NCBI GenBank assembly: GCA_038532305.1
Contig: JBCBAX010000001.1
Span: 264,795 to 328,794, forward strand
Direction of reading: 5' to 3'
Length of the DNA stretch: 64,000 nucleotides
Source: Pseudomonadota bacterium
GTDB taxonomy: Bacteria; Pseudomonadota; Alphaproteobacteria; Sphingomonadales; Sphingomonadaceae
Shown in pieces: positions 37,783 through 47,421 of the stretch. The stretch's first letter is position 1. Each line of letters starts with the position of its first letter. The translations under genes were made by a program, and so were the position numbers. Below the pieces are notes generated by a model. It was not told the DNA's origin, did not search any database, and saw only the letters and a list, made by a program, of their open reading frames with translations.

Positions 37783-39381
37783 TTATGCAGCCGCGAACTG
37801 GTTCATAGTGTTGTCTTTGCCGCCGGCTTTTAGAGCAGCTTCACCAGCAAAGTATTCCTTGTGATCATCACCGATGTCACTGCCAGCCATGTTTTGGTGC
37901 TTCACGCAGGCAATGCCTTGACGAATTTCTTCACGCTGCACGTTCAAGACATAGCCGAGCATGCCTTCTTCACCAAAGTACCGCTTCGCAAGGTTGTCGG
38001 TGCTCAGCGCGGCCGTATGGTAGGTCGGCAGCGTGATCAGGTGGTGGAAGATGCCAGCGCGCTTCGCGGCGTCGGCCTGGAAGGTGCGGATCTTCTCGTC
38101 TGCTTCTGCGGCAAGCTCGGTCGTGTCATAATCGACGCTCATGAGCTTGGCTCGGTCATAGGCGCTGACGTCTTTACCCGCTTCTTCCCATGCATCAAAG
38201 ACCTGCTGACGGAAGTTGAGGGTCCAGTTGAACGAAGGCGAGTTGTTGTAAACAAGCTTTGCGTTCGGAATGACTTCACGAACACGGTCGACCATGCCGG
38301 CGATCTGTTCAACGTGGGGTTTCTCGGTTTCGATCCAGAGCAAGTCCGCTCCGTTCTGAAGCGAAGTGATGCAATCGAGGACGCAGCGGTCTTCGCCCGT
38401 GCCCGAGCGGAACTGATAGAGATTCGAAGGAAGGCGCTTGGGCGCCATCAGCTTGCCGTCGCGGCTGATGAAGACCTGACCGTTGGTGATGTTTGCCGGA
38501 TCGACTTCATCGCAATCGAGGAAGGCGTTGTATTGGTCGCCAAGGTCGCCAGGTTCTTTCGAGAAAGCGATCTGCTTTGTGAGGCCAGCGCCGAGCGAGT
38601 CGGTGCGCGCAACGATCACGCCGTCTTCAACGCCCATCTCTAGGAATGCGTGGCGGCAAGCGCGGATTTTCTGAAGGAAGTCTTCGTGCGGAACGGTGAC
38701 TTTGCCGTCTTGGTGGCCGCACTGTTTCTCATCCGAAACCTGGTTTTCGATCTGGAGCGCGCAAGCGCCAGCCTCGATCATTTTCTTTGCGAGCAGGTAA
38801 GTCGCTTCCGCATTTCCGAAACCAGCATCGATGTCTGCGATGATTGGAACGACGTGCGTTTCGTAATTGTCGATAGAATGCTCAATATGCTTCGCTTTGA
38901 CTTCATCGCCAGCCTCACGTGCCTCATCAAGATCGCGGAACATGCCGCCAAGCTCGCGAGCGTCTGCTTGTTTCAAGAACGTGTAGAGCTCTTCAATCAG
39001 CGCAGGAACGCTGGTCTTTTCGTGCATCGACTGATCAGGAAGTGGGCCGAACTCGCTACGAAGCGCGGCGACCATCCAACCGGAAAGGTAAAGGTAGCGC
39101 TGTTTGGTGCTGCCGAAATGCTTCTTGATGGAAATCATCTTCTGCTGCGCAATGAAACCGTGCCAGCAACCCAGCGATTGGGTGTAGTTTGCGGGGTCAG
39201 AGTCATAAGCATCCATGTCAGCGCGCATGATCTTCGCGGTATATTTGGCAATATCGAGACCAGTGGGGAAGCGATTCTGAAGAACCATACGAGCAGCGCT
39301 TTCAGGGTCGATAGCACCCCAGCTTTCGCCATTGCTTTTGACTAGGTCACGCATCGCGTCGATTTTTTGAAGGTAGGTCAT
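37783..39381 (-). CDS. aceA: Isocitrate lyase (long form)
   Basis: 532-aa ORF with IIADIDAGFGN and the catalytic-loop variant EKQCGHQDGK (KKCGH motif). Confidence 0.95.
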   Translation of the reverse strand: MTYLQKIDAMRDLVKSNGESWGAIDPESAARMVLQNRFPTGLDIAKYTAKIMRADMDAYDSDPANYTQSLGCWHGFIAQQKMISIKKHFGSTKQRYLYLSGWMVAALRSEFGPLPDQSMHEKTSVPALIEELYTFLKQADARELGGMFRDLDEAREAGDEVKAKHIEHSIDNYETHVVPIIADIDAGFGNAEATYLLAKKMIEAGACALQIENQVSDEKQCGHQDGKVTVPHEDFLQKIRACRHAFLEMGVEDGVIVARTDSLGAGLTKQIAFSKEPGDLGDQYNAFLDCDEVDPANITNGQVFISRDGKLMAPKRLPSNLYQFRSGTGEDRCVLDCITSLQNGADLLWIETEKPHVEQIAGMVDRVREVIPNAKLVYNNSPSFNWTLNFRQQVFDAWEEAGKDVSAYDRAKLMSVDYDTTELAAEADEKIRTFQADAAKRAGIFHHLITLPTYHTAALSTDNLAKRYFGEEGMLGYVLNVQREEIRQGIACVKHQNMAGSDIGDDHKEYFAGEAALKAGGKDNTMNQFAAA

Positions 39382-39531
39382 GGGAGATCTCCGATTATCT
39401 AGGGGAGTGATTGCATTCCCAATGCATTGGTGCAGCGCAACATGACAGGAATAATTACAAAATTTCTTGTCTATATGGGCCTTTCGACTTCTGGTATTGT
39501 GTAAATCTGTAAGGTTATTTACAAAGGCGAA

Positions 39532-40881
39532 ATGTCTGAAAACGCTCTTCTTGCCGGTCCTGCCTTGCGCCGTTTGCGCAAACGCGAAAATCTTACTCAG
39601 GCCGCAATGGCCAGCGCTCTAGGAATTTCTCCCAGTTATCTCAATTTGATAGAGCGTAATCAGAGGCCTCTTTCTGCGCGCGTTCTCGTCCAGGTGATTG
39701 AACGGTTTGATTTTGATCCCAGGACTCTGCGCGAAGATGAAGCGATTGGTGGAGTGGATGGTCTAACCCGCAGATTGGCGGACAAACGCTTTCGCGACCT
39801 GGGAATTGACAAGGAAGAGGTGGAAGAGTTTCTCGCAGCTGCACCCCAAGTGGCCGCGGCATTTGCGATGCTTTACGACAATGCTGGTGACCCGGTTACG
39901 AGATCAGAAGATCCCTTGGCCGAAGCGCGCATTGCAGTTGAGAGATGGCAGAACCATTTCGCAGATTTGGATCATGCGGCGGAGGATTTATCCGAAACTC
40001 TACGCCTTTCACATGGGGATATCAGTGCGGCGCTGAGTGAGAGGCTGCGTGAGAAACACCAGCTTTCTGTTCGTGTGCTTCCAAGCGAGGTGATGCCTGG
40101 TATTGTGCATCGTCTCGATCTGCACGCGCGCCAGTTGCAACTATCTGAAATGCTCCCCGGAGCAGCCCGAAGGTTTCAGATCGCGCGTCAGATCGGCTAT
40201 CTGGAAATGCGCGATGAGATAGATGCTCTCGTTGCAGGAGCAGGTCTACCTTCTGATGAGGCATATGAACGTTTTCGTGAACATGTAACTGACTATGTCG
40301 CAGGGGCGCTCTTAATGCCCTATCGTCGGTTCTTGAGAGCTTGTGAGCAGACAGCTTACGATGTGAACATTCTGCAACGGCGGTTTGCTTCGAGTTTTGA
40401 TCAGGTGGCTCAGCGATTGACAACTCTCCAGCGTGTGGGCGAACGCGGGTTGCCTTTCTTCAGTGCGCGGTTTGGAAGAACCGGGCGAATGGTAGCGTTC
40501 ACCGCCGGCGCGAGCGGAGCCATTTATCCGCTGGAAGGCGCGCGTTGGCCCGCATGGGCGCCTTACGCTGCTTTTGAAAGTAGGGGTACCATGCTGACCC
40601 AAGCGGTCACTTTTGGTGCAGGAGAGGCTTCTCCTAAACATTGGTTTACAATGGCTCGTACGGTGGAAGTTGATGGCGTGGCTTGCTCTGCTCGAAAAGC
40701 TATTGTCTTGGGGATAGAAGCTCGGTTCGCTGGGGAATTAGCGCAGGCCCGTGGGATTTCATTGAATCGCGCCGATGCAGTTCCCCTGGGTGTTGGTTGC
40801 CCACGGTGCGGGCGAATGGATTGTCTCAATCCTGCACCAGAGCGCATTGCTGGCGTCGATCGGCGAAGCCGGCAGCGTTAG
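39532..40881 (+). CDS. XRE-family regulator with ImmA/IrrE-like and DUF2083 domains (ScfR/RamB type)
   Basis: HTH LTQAAMASALGISPSYLNLIERNQR at the N-terminus, a large C-terminal region ending in the Cys cluster GCPRCGRMDC, and divergent placement from aceA as in known short-chain acyl-CoA regulators. Confidence 0.75.
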   Translation: MSENALLAGPALRRLRKRENLTQAAMASALGISPSYLNLIERNQRPLSARVLVQVIERFDFDPRTLREDEAIGGVDGLTRRLADKRFRDLGIDKEEVEEFLAAAPQVAAAFAMLYDNAGDPVTRSEDPLAEARIAVERWQNHFADLDHAAEDLSETLRLSHGDISAALSERLREKHQLSVRVLPSEVMPGIVHRLDLHARQLQLSEMLPGAARRFQIARQIGYLEMRDEIDALVAGAGLPSDEAYERFREHVTDYVAGALLMPYRRFLRACEQTAYDVNILQRRFASSFDQVAQRLTTLQRVGERGLPFFSARFGRTGRMVAFTAGASGAIYPLEGARWPAWAPYAAFESRGTMLTQAVTFGAGEASPKHWFTMARTVEVDGVACSARKAIVLGIEARFAGELAQARGISLNRADAVPLGVGCPRCGRMDCLNPAPERIAGVDRRSRQR

Positions 40882-41008
40882 CTTTACATTTGCTTACACA
40901 AACCAGCTCTTCCCTTGTTGGTTGCTCGGTTGTAAAGTTTACCGACACTTAAACTGTCGCGCGTAGGGCGTGCAGCATGGTCATATTGGTGAGCCTGATA
41001 GAAGCCTG

Positions 41009-42394
41009 ATGATACGGTTGTTTAAGCACTATATTCCGCATGCCGTGCTGTTGCTCGGGTTGCTCGATCTCGCATTGCTTATCCTTGCAAGTGAGCTCGC
41101 GTGGCAGTTACGCGCGTATCAAATCGAAATAGATCCAGGCCCGCTCGCTGGGCGTTGGGTGCCAATCGTTGGATCGGCTTTCGTGGTCTGGCTCGCCATG
41201 ATTGGTGTCGGCGTGTACGGCCCACTTGCGCTGAGATCTCTAAGATTTGCAGGGGCGCGGCTTTTGGTTGCGATCAGTCTAGGGATAATTGCTCTAGCCT
41301 TTATCGATTTTCTCCTTCCCGAAAGCACATTTTGGCGATCTACATTGCTGTACGCGATGGGGTTCTCGATCTTGGTGCTGGTGTTGGACCGATTGTTGCT
41401 CAACAGCTTTTTGGGTTCATCAGCCTTCAAACGCAGGGTTATGGTTCTGGGCGCTGGAGAGAGAGCGAAGCGCCTTCAAGCTCTTAGTGAGAAGCCTGAG
41501 AGCGGTTTTTCAACGGTCTCATTTATTGCAATGAGCGACAGCGAAAAGGCTATGGCAGAAGCCATCCCGCGCGGTGCCGTTCACGATTTGGGGCAGTATG
41601 TTGAAAACCTTGGCGTGAGCGAGGTCGTGCTGGCCTTACAAGAGCGGCGAAATGCTCTGCCACTTAATGATCTGTTACGCCTCAAAACAAAAGGCGTTCA
41701 CATCAATGATTTCGTGAGTTTTATGGAGCGCGAGACAGGCCGAGTTGACTTGGAAACTGTCAATCCCAGTTGGCTCATTTTCTCCGACGGGTTTTCATCA
41801 GGTCGATTGTTTTCGAGCGCTGCAAAAAGGGTGTTCGACATTTTCGCAAGCTGCTTCTTATTGCTGCTCACGTTTCCTATTATCGCACTCTTTGCAGTCC
41901 TGGTGAAACTCGACAGCCCAGGGCCGGCCTTTTTCAGGCAGCAAAGGATTGGGCTGTTTGGTGAGCCATTCGAGCTAATCAAACTCCGGTCGATGCGCAC
42001 CGATGCCGAAAAGGATGGCGCGAAATGGGCGGAAAAGAATGATCCGCGGATCACGCTTATTGGCAATTTCATTCGCAAGCTTCGAATTGATGAGTTGCCT
42101 CAATCCTGGAGTGTTCTTCAGGGACATATGAGCTTCGTTGGGCCGCGTCCTGAAGTACCGCAATTCGTCAATGATCTTGAAAAAGACATTCCGTTCTACA
42201 CTGAACGGCACATGGTCAAACCGGGAATTACGGGCTGGGCGCAAATCAACTATCCGTATGGTGCATCAATCGAAGACAGTCGCAAAAAGCTGGAGTATGA
42301 CCTCTATTACGCGAAAAATTACACGCCATTCTTAGATTTCGTGATCTTGCTTCAAACCGTGCGTGTCATCCTTTGGCCTGAGGGCGCTCGGTGA
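41009..42394 (+). CDS. Polyprenyl glycosylphosphotransferase, PEP-CTERM/EpsB type
   Basis: MIRLFKHY N-terminus and TM segments, with a C-terminal bacterial sugar-transferase domain (KRVFDI.., QQRIGLFGEPFELIKLRSM, PQSWSVLQGHMSFVGPRP, KPGITGWAQIN). Confidence 0.85.
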   Translation: MIRLFKHYIPHAVLLLGLLDLALLILASELAWQLRAYQIEIDPGPLAGRWVPIVGSAFVVWLAMIGVGVYGPLALRSLRFAGARLLVAISLGIIALAFIDFLLPESTFWRSTLLYAMGFSILVLVLDRLLLNSFLGSSAFKRRVMVLGAGERAKRLQALSEKPESGFSTVSFIAMSDSEKAMAEAIPRGAVHDLGQYVENLGVSEVVLALQERRNALPLNDLLRLKTKGVHINDFVSFMERETGRVDLETVNPSWLIFSDGFSSGRLFSSAAKRVFDIFASCFLLLLTFPIIALFAVLVKLDSPGPAFFRQQRIGLFGEPFELIKLRSMRTDAEKDGAKWAEKNDPRITLIGNFIRKLRIDELPQSWSVLQGHMSFVGPRPEVPQFVNDLEKDIPFYTERHMVKPGITGWAQINYPYGASIEDSRKKLEYDLYYAKNYTPFLDFVILLQTVRVILWPEGAR

Positions 42395-44517
42395 TGACCA
42401 TACTGTTCGGCATACCCTTGGATTTTGTCGCACTATGTGCGGTTATCGGCGCTGTGCTGAGCGGTGTTGCGGGTTTGTGGATCGTAAAGTTTGGAGACCG
42501 CAAACGACTAGATTGGGGCGCGGCTCTCGCTGTCGCAGGCCTCACGGCAGTCTGGTGTGTATTGGGCGCTTCTATTGGTTTTGCAGAACCTGCGACAATG
42601 CTGGCCGAAACATGCCGCAATTTATCCATGATTGGTGTGATTTTCCGGCTTTTTTCTGCCGATGGCCGGGATGAAAGTCTAAAACCTACTCGCCCCGTCT
42701 TGGTATCGCTTGCTCTGGTTCAATTGTTCCAACCGGTTCTAGTGATAATTGACCAGCGTCTTGGTAGTGTGGACGAAATATCTGCGCTCATCTTTGAGGT
42801 TGGAACATTGCTCAGCATGCTAGTGGCAATTGGATCGCTTGTGCTGCTTCACAACCTCTACATCGGCGCTGCAACGGGATCGCGACGTTTTCTCCGGTGG
42901 AGTGCAATCGGGCTTGCCGGCATTTTCGCGTTCGACCTCAACCTTTATACCTTAGCGTATCTCTTAGGCGAACAGCCTGCTGTACTCAGCGCTGCGCGAA
43001 CGGCCGTAAGCGGTGCCATGGTTTTGGTGCTGGCCTTCGGCTCAAATGCAAAAGGCGCAAGCCGGCATTTTAACCCATCAAGAGCGGTTACATTTCAGAC
43101 GCTTTCTCTGTTGATTATTGGCAGTTATCTGCTCGCCATGGTTCTCGTCACTCGCTCCCTGGCATTGCTGGGAGGAGACATCGCTCGTGCCAGTCAGATT
43201 GTTTTTGTTGTCCTAGCTGTTCTTTTCGCAGTCGTTTGGCTGCCATCGCAAAGATTGCGCGCTTGGCTGAAAGTGACAGCGACGAAGCATCTTTTCCAGC
43301 ACCGCTATGACTACCGGGAAGAATGGCTGCGTTTCACGCACACTATGGGCAGGAATGCCAACAATGGCCCGAGCTTTCATGAACGAGCAGTCAAAGCCAT
43401 GGCCGACATCACAGAGAGCCCTGCCGGATTGTTGTTAACACCCACTGATGAGGCAGAGCTTGACCTTACCGCACGCTGGAATTGGCCGACGATCGAAGTT
43501 CCAGCCAATGCAGGTGGTTTTTCGTTGACGGGCCTGCTGGAACGACACAGCCATATTCTTGACCTTGATGAAGTGCGTGCAGGGATTGATCGTCATGGGG
43601 AATTGGAACACGTTCCCGAATGGCTCATTGAAGCGCAAGATGCTTGGGCACTGGTGCCTCTCATTCATTTCGATCGCATAGTGGGCGCGATTTTGCTGGC
43701 CCGCCCGCGCATCGAGCGCAGGCTTGACTGGGAGGATTTCGACCTTCTGCGCGTCGCTGGGCAGCAATTGGCCAGCTACCTTGCTGAACAAGCAGGGCAG
43801 CAAGCTTTGATGGATGCAAGTCGGTTTGATGAATTCAACCGTCGCATGGCATTTGTCATGCACGACATAAAGAACTTAGCGAGCCAGATGTCGCTGCTCG
43901 CGACCAATGCCGAAAAACACGCAGATAACCCAGCTTTTCGTAAAGACATGCTTGTCACACTTCGCAATTCATCTGACAAGCTGGGCGCTTTGTTGGCCCG
44001 TCTTGGGCGGTATGGTTCGGGACAATCAAAGCAACCATCTGAGACGTCGCTGGAATTGGTCGCACTTGACCTTGTAAAGCGATTTGACGGCGTGCATTTG
44101 GTTAAGGTTGACCAATCGCAAGACGTCCGCGTCATGGCCGATAAAGAGGCTTTGGAACAAGCACTTATTCATCTTGTGCAAAACGCCGTTGACGCCAGTG
44201 AACCCACTGCCCCCATCTCACTGAACGTTCGGTTCGAAGGTTTGAACGGACTGATTGATGTTATCGATACGGGGGCTGGCATGACACCGGAATTCGTCCG
44301 CTCAGGTTTGTTCAAACCGTTCGTGTCTTCAAAGCAAAGCGGCTTCGGAATCGGTGCGTTTGAAGCGCGTGAATTGATCAAAGCTATGGGCGGAAGAGTT
44401 GTCGTCGAATCGCGGGAGGGATTGGGTACTCGATTTACGGTTTCTCTTCCCCTTGCAGATACGGCGGGCCTACTTGAGGCAAGCACCGTCTCGAACCAAT
44501 CCGATGAGGCTGCGTAA
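42391..44517 (+). CDS. prsK: Multi-TM sensor histidine kinase, PrsK-like
   Basis: About 300 aa of TM segments, a GAF-like region, H-box FVMHDIKNLAS and an ATPase domain (DTGAGM, GFGIGAFE). Its start overlaps the transferase stop (GTGATGA). Confidence 0.75.
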   Translation: MMTILFGIPLDFVALCAVIGAVLSGVAGLWIVKFGDRKRLDWGAALAVAGLTAVWCVLGASIGFAEPATMLAETCRNLSMIGVIFRLFSADGRDESLKPTRPVLVSLALVQLFQPVLVIIDQRLGSVDEISALIFEVGTLLSMLVAIGSLVLLHNLYIGAATGSRRFLRWSAIGLAGIFAFDLNLYTLAYLLGEQPAVLSAARTAVSGAMVLVLAFGSNAKGASRHFNPSRAVTFQTLSLLIIGSYLLAMVLVTRSLALLGGDIARASQIVFVVLAVLFAVVWLPSQRLRAWLKVTATKHLFQHRYDYREEWLRFTHTMGRNANNGPSFHERAVKAMADITESPAGLLLTPTDEAELDLTARWNWPTIEVPANAGGFSLTGLLERHSHILDLDEVRAGIDRHGELEHVPEWLIEAQDAWALVPLIHFDRIVGAILLARPRIERRLDWEDFDLLRVAGQQLASYLAEQAGQQALMDASRFDEFNRRMAFVMHDIKNLASQMSLLATNAEKHADNPAFRKDMLVTLRNSSDKLGALLARLGRYGSGQSKQPSETSLELVALDLVKRFDGVHLVKVDQSQDVRVMADKEALEQALIHLVQNAVDASEPTAPISLNVRFEGLNGLIDVIDTGAGMTPEFVRSGLFKPFVSSKQSGFGIGAFEARELIKAMGGRVVVESREGLGTRFTVSLPLADTAGLLEASTVSNQSDEAA

Positions 44518-45881
44518 TGGCAAATAAGAAACCCACATTGTTGGTAGTGGAAGATGATGAAGGTCTTCAGGCTCAATTGAAGTGGGCCTATGATGATTTC
44601 GAAGTTGTTATCGCAGGAGACCGCGACAGTGCGATTGCAGCGCTGCGCAGTGAGATGCCTGCTGTCATGACGCTAGACCTGGGCTTGCCGCCAGATCCGG
44701 ATGGCACAAAGGAAGGCTTTGCCGTTCTCGACGCGGTGATGGAGCTGAAGCCCGACACTAAAGTGATCGTTGCCAGTGGTCACGGTGCCCGAGAGAGTGC
44801 GCTACAAGCGATTGAGTGCGGTGCTTATGATTTCTACCAAAAGCCGGTTGACATTGATGCGCTGGGCCTGATTGTTCGGCGCGCATTTAATCTTTATCAG
44901 ATTGAAGATGAAAACCGGCGGCTTGTTAATCATGCTGCTGAAGACAACACTGTGTTGGGCCGGCTAATCACCGGTGCACCTGAAATGATGAAAGTTGCTC
45001 GCACCATAGAGCGCGTCGCAAGTACCAGCGTGTCAGTCATGCTCTTGGGAGCGAGTGGTACGGGCAAGGAATTGCTGGCTCAGGGGCTACACGATGTAAG
45101 TGACCGGGCCGATGGCCCATTTGTTGCAATCAATTGTGCGGCAATCCCGGAGAATCTACTGGAAAGCGAACTTTTCGGCCATGAAAAGGGCGCATTTACT
45201 GGTGCGGTGAAAACGACCGAAGGCAAGATCGAAAGCGCCAATGGCGGCACATTGTTCTTAGATGAAGTAGGCGATATTCCTCTTCCTTTGCAGGTGAAGC
45301 TGCTACGTTTTTTGCAGGAACGCACAATTGAACGCATTGGCGGTCGCAAGACGATTGCGGTGGATACGCGGATTGTTTGTGCCACTCACCAAGATGTCGA
45401 AACGATGATAAGCGATGGGACCTTCCGCGAGGATTTGTTTTATCGCCTCGCGGAAATTGTGGTTCGAATTCCCAGCCTTGCCGAGCGTTATGGAGATGCA
45501 GTGCTTCTGGCAAAAGCGTTTCTGAAACGGTTTGCCAAGGAGATGAATCCAAGCGTAACTGGCTTTGCTCCCGATGCCCTGAGTGCGATCGACAGTCATG
45601 AATGGCCAGGTAACGTGCGCGAGCTCGAGAACAGGGTCAAACGCGCCGTGATCATGGCCGATGGTAAACTTGTCCATGCTGAGGATCTGGATTTTGGAGG
45701 TATTGAGGAGGAAGAGGCTGCAGTACTCAATCTGAAAGCTGCACGCGAGCAGGCTGATCGCAAAGTCATTCGGCATGCACTGGCTCGCAGTGAAGGCAAT
45801 ATTTCCAGCACAGCAAAGCTACTCGGGATTAGCCGGCCAACTTTGTATGACTTGCTCAAGCAATATGACCTTAGTGCCTAA
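44517..45881 (+). CDS. prsR: Sigma-54-dependent response regulator, PrsR-like
   Basis: Receiver domain (LLVVEDDEGL, TLDLGLPPD), AAA+ core (GASGTGKE, GAFTGA, FLDEVGD, FREDLFYRL) and a C-terminal Fis-type HTH. TAATG overlaps the prsK stop. Confidence 0.85.
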   Translation: MANKKPTLLVVEDDEGLQAQLKWAYDDFEVVIAGDRDSAIAALRSEMPAVMTLDLGLPPDPDGTKEGFAVLDAVMELKPDTKVIVASGHGARESALQAIECGAYDFYQKPVDIDALGLIVRRAFNLYQIEDENRRLVNHAAEDNTVLGRLITGAPEMMKVARTIERVASTSVSVMLLGASGTGKELLAQGLHDVSDRADGPFVAINCAAIPENLLESELFGHEKGAFTGAVKTTEGKIESANGGTLFLDEVGDIPLPLQVKLLRFLQERTIERIGGRKTIAVDTRIVCATHQDVETMISDGTFREDLFYRLAEIVVRIPSLAERYGDAVLLAKAFLKRFAKEMNPSVTGFAPDALSAIDSHEWPGNVRELENRVKRAVIMADGKLVHAEDLDFGGIEEEEAAVLNLKAAREQADRKVIRHALARSEGNISSTAKLLGISRPTLYDLLKQYDLSA

Positions 45882-47385
45882 TCTTCGTCCTCGCCTCTTA
45901 GGTTTAGCCTCAATTGCATTGTTCGGGGCCTTTGCAGGTGCGTGTGCCAATGGCGATGCTGGTGGAGAAGATGCCGAAACTGAGCAAATGGCCGAAAACA
46001 GCGAGGTGGCCCTTGCCATTCGCACGGCTGAGCGTGAAATGCTTGATGATAATCTGCCTGAAGCCGCGCGTTTACTAAATGATGCACTCAGTTCGGATTC
46101 TGAAAATCCCGCAATCTGGGTGGCTGTTGCGCGGTTGCGTTTTCGCGGCGGGGAGCACCTAAGTGCGATTGATGCAGCAGAGAGAGCCTTGGAACTGGGC
46201 CCTGCATATGGACCTGCCTTGCTTATGCGTGGCCAATTGGTGCGAGATTCCAACGGTCTTGCAGAAAGCCTGCCTTGGTTCGAAGCAGCTATAAAAGTCG
46301 ATCCTGAAGATGTTGAAGTTTTGGGGGAGTATGCTGCAACATTGGGCGATCTTGGCCGGCATCGCGAGATGCTGAGCGCGGTCGACACCCTTTCGGCAAT
46401 CGATAAAGAGAATGCTCAGGGTCTCTATTTGCGCGCCGTTCTCGCAGCACGGGCGGGGGAGCCCGTTTTAGCGCGAAGCCTCTTGGATCGTAGCGGATGG
46501 CGCGATGCTGGCATTCCATCGGTTATGTTGCTTGATGCAGTTATAGATATTCAACAGGGCAATGCAGACACTGCGGTGGAAACGCTTGCCGCATTATGTC
46601 TGCTGCAACCGGCCAACCGAAGAGTCCGCGATCTGTATGCGCGCGCTTTGTGGGATGCTGGGCGTGATGAAAAACTTATCTCAGATTTCAGGTCTGTTTT
46701 GGATGGGCCTGATGCCTCTGCTTACATCACAATGATGGTTGGTCGGGCTTATGAGAGGTCTGGGCAAAGGGAAAGAGCAGCACCGCTCCTCGCAAAAGCG
46801 TACGCCGAACAACCTACGGAGGCTGTCACCCTTGCAGAAGCCGGAGTTATTGGAGGCGCGCTTCCCTCGCAAACTTCTCAGATACGCCTTGCTGTTGCGA
46901 GTGGGGATAAAGCGGGCGCCGCGACACAAGCCTCTCTTTACAAACGCACTTTTCCGCAGTCTGCCGACATTCTTGCCTTGGCTGGCGATGTGGATTTGTC
47001 AAACCAAAAACCGAGCTCTGCAATTGCGAGTTACAGCGAAAGCGCCCGAGTAAGGCGCCCTTGGCCGATGACGCGCAAACTTGTTGAAGCCTCGCGCATG
47101 GCTGGTGAAGGTGAGGCAGCGTCAGCGATTGTTTCACGCTACAGCTTAAGTGATCCTCGCAATGCTGAGGCGATCATTGCTGTCTTGAATGATGCGAAGC
47201 AGGACGAAGAGTGGGACAGAGTTTCTCCAATTGCGCGATATGTTGTCGCATTGGGGGCTGGGCATGATCCTAGCGTTTTGAACGCGATGGTCGACGCCAG
47301 CAGAGCACAAGGCGATGAAGCCAAAGCAACACGTTATGAAAAGCTATTGGAAGTGGTTCGCCCCTCCAAACTTGTGACCGAGTAA
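45865..47385 (+). CDS. TPR-repeat lipoprotein (PrsT-like position)
   Basis: Lipobox signal LLGLASIALFGAFAGAC followed by repeated Ala/Leu-rich TPR-like helices. Overlaps the prsR end by 17 nt. Confidence 0.6.
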   Translation: MTLVPNLRPRLLGLASIALFGAFAGACANGDAGGEDAETEQMAENSEVALAIRTAEREMLDDNLPEAARLLNDALSSDSENPAIWVAVARLRFRGGEHLSAIDAAERALELGPAYGPALLMRGQLVRDSNGLAESLPWFEAAIKVDPEDVEVLGEYAATLGDLGRHREMLSAVDTLSAIDKENAQGLYLRAVLAARAGEPVLARSLLDRSGWRDAGIPSVMLLDAVIDIQQGNADTAVETLAALCLLQPANRRVRDLYARALWDAGRDEKLISDFRSVLDGPDASAYITMMVGRAYERSGQRERAAPLLAKAYAEQPTEAVTLAEAGVIGGALPSQTSQIRLAVASGDKAGAATQASLYKRTFPQSADILALAGDVDLSNQKPSSAIASYSESARVRRPWPMTRKLVEASRMAGEGEAASAIVSRYSLSDPRNAEAIIAVLNDAKQDEEWDRVSPIARYVVALGAGHDPSVLNAMVDASRAQGDEAKATRYEKLLEVVRPSKLVTE

Positions 47386-47421
47386 ACTTCAGCTCTCGAC
47401 TCCTCACACGGCAAGCGGCAA

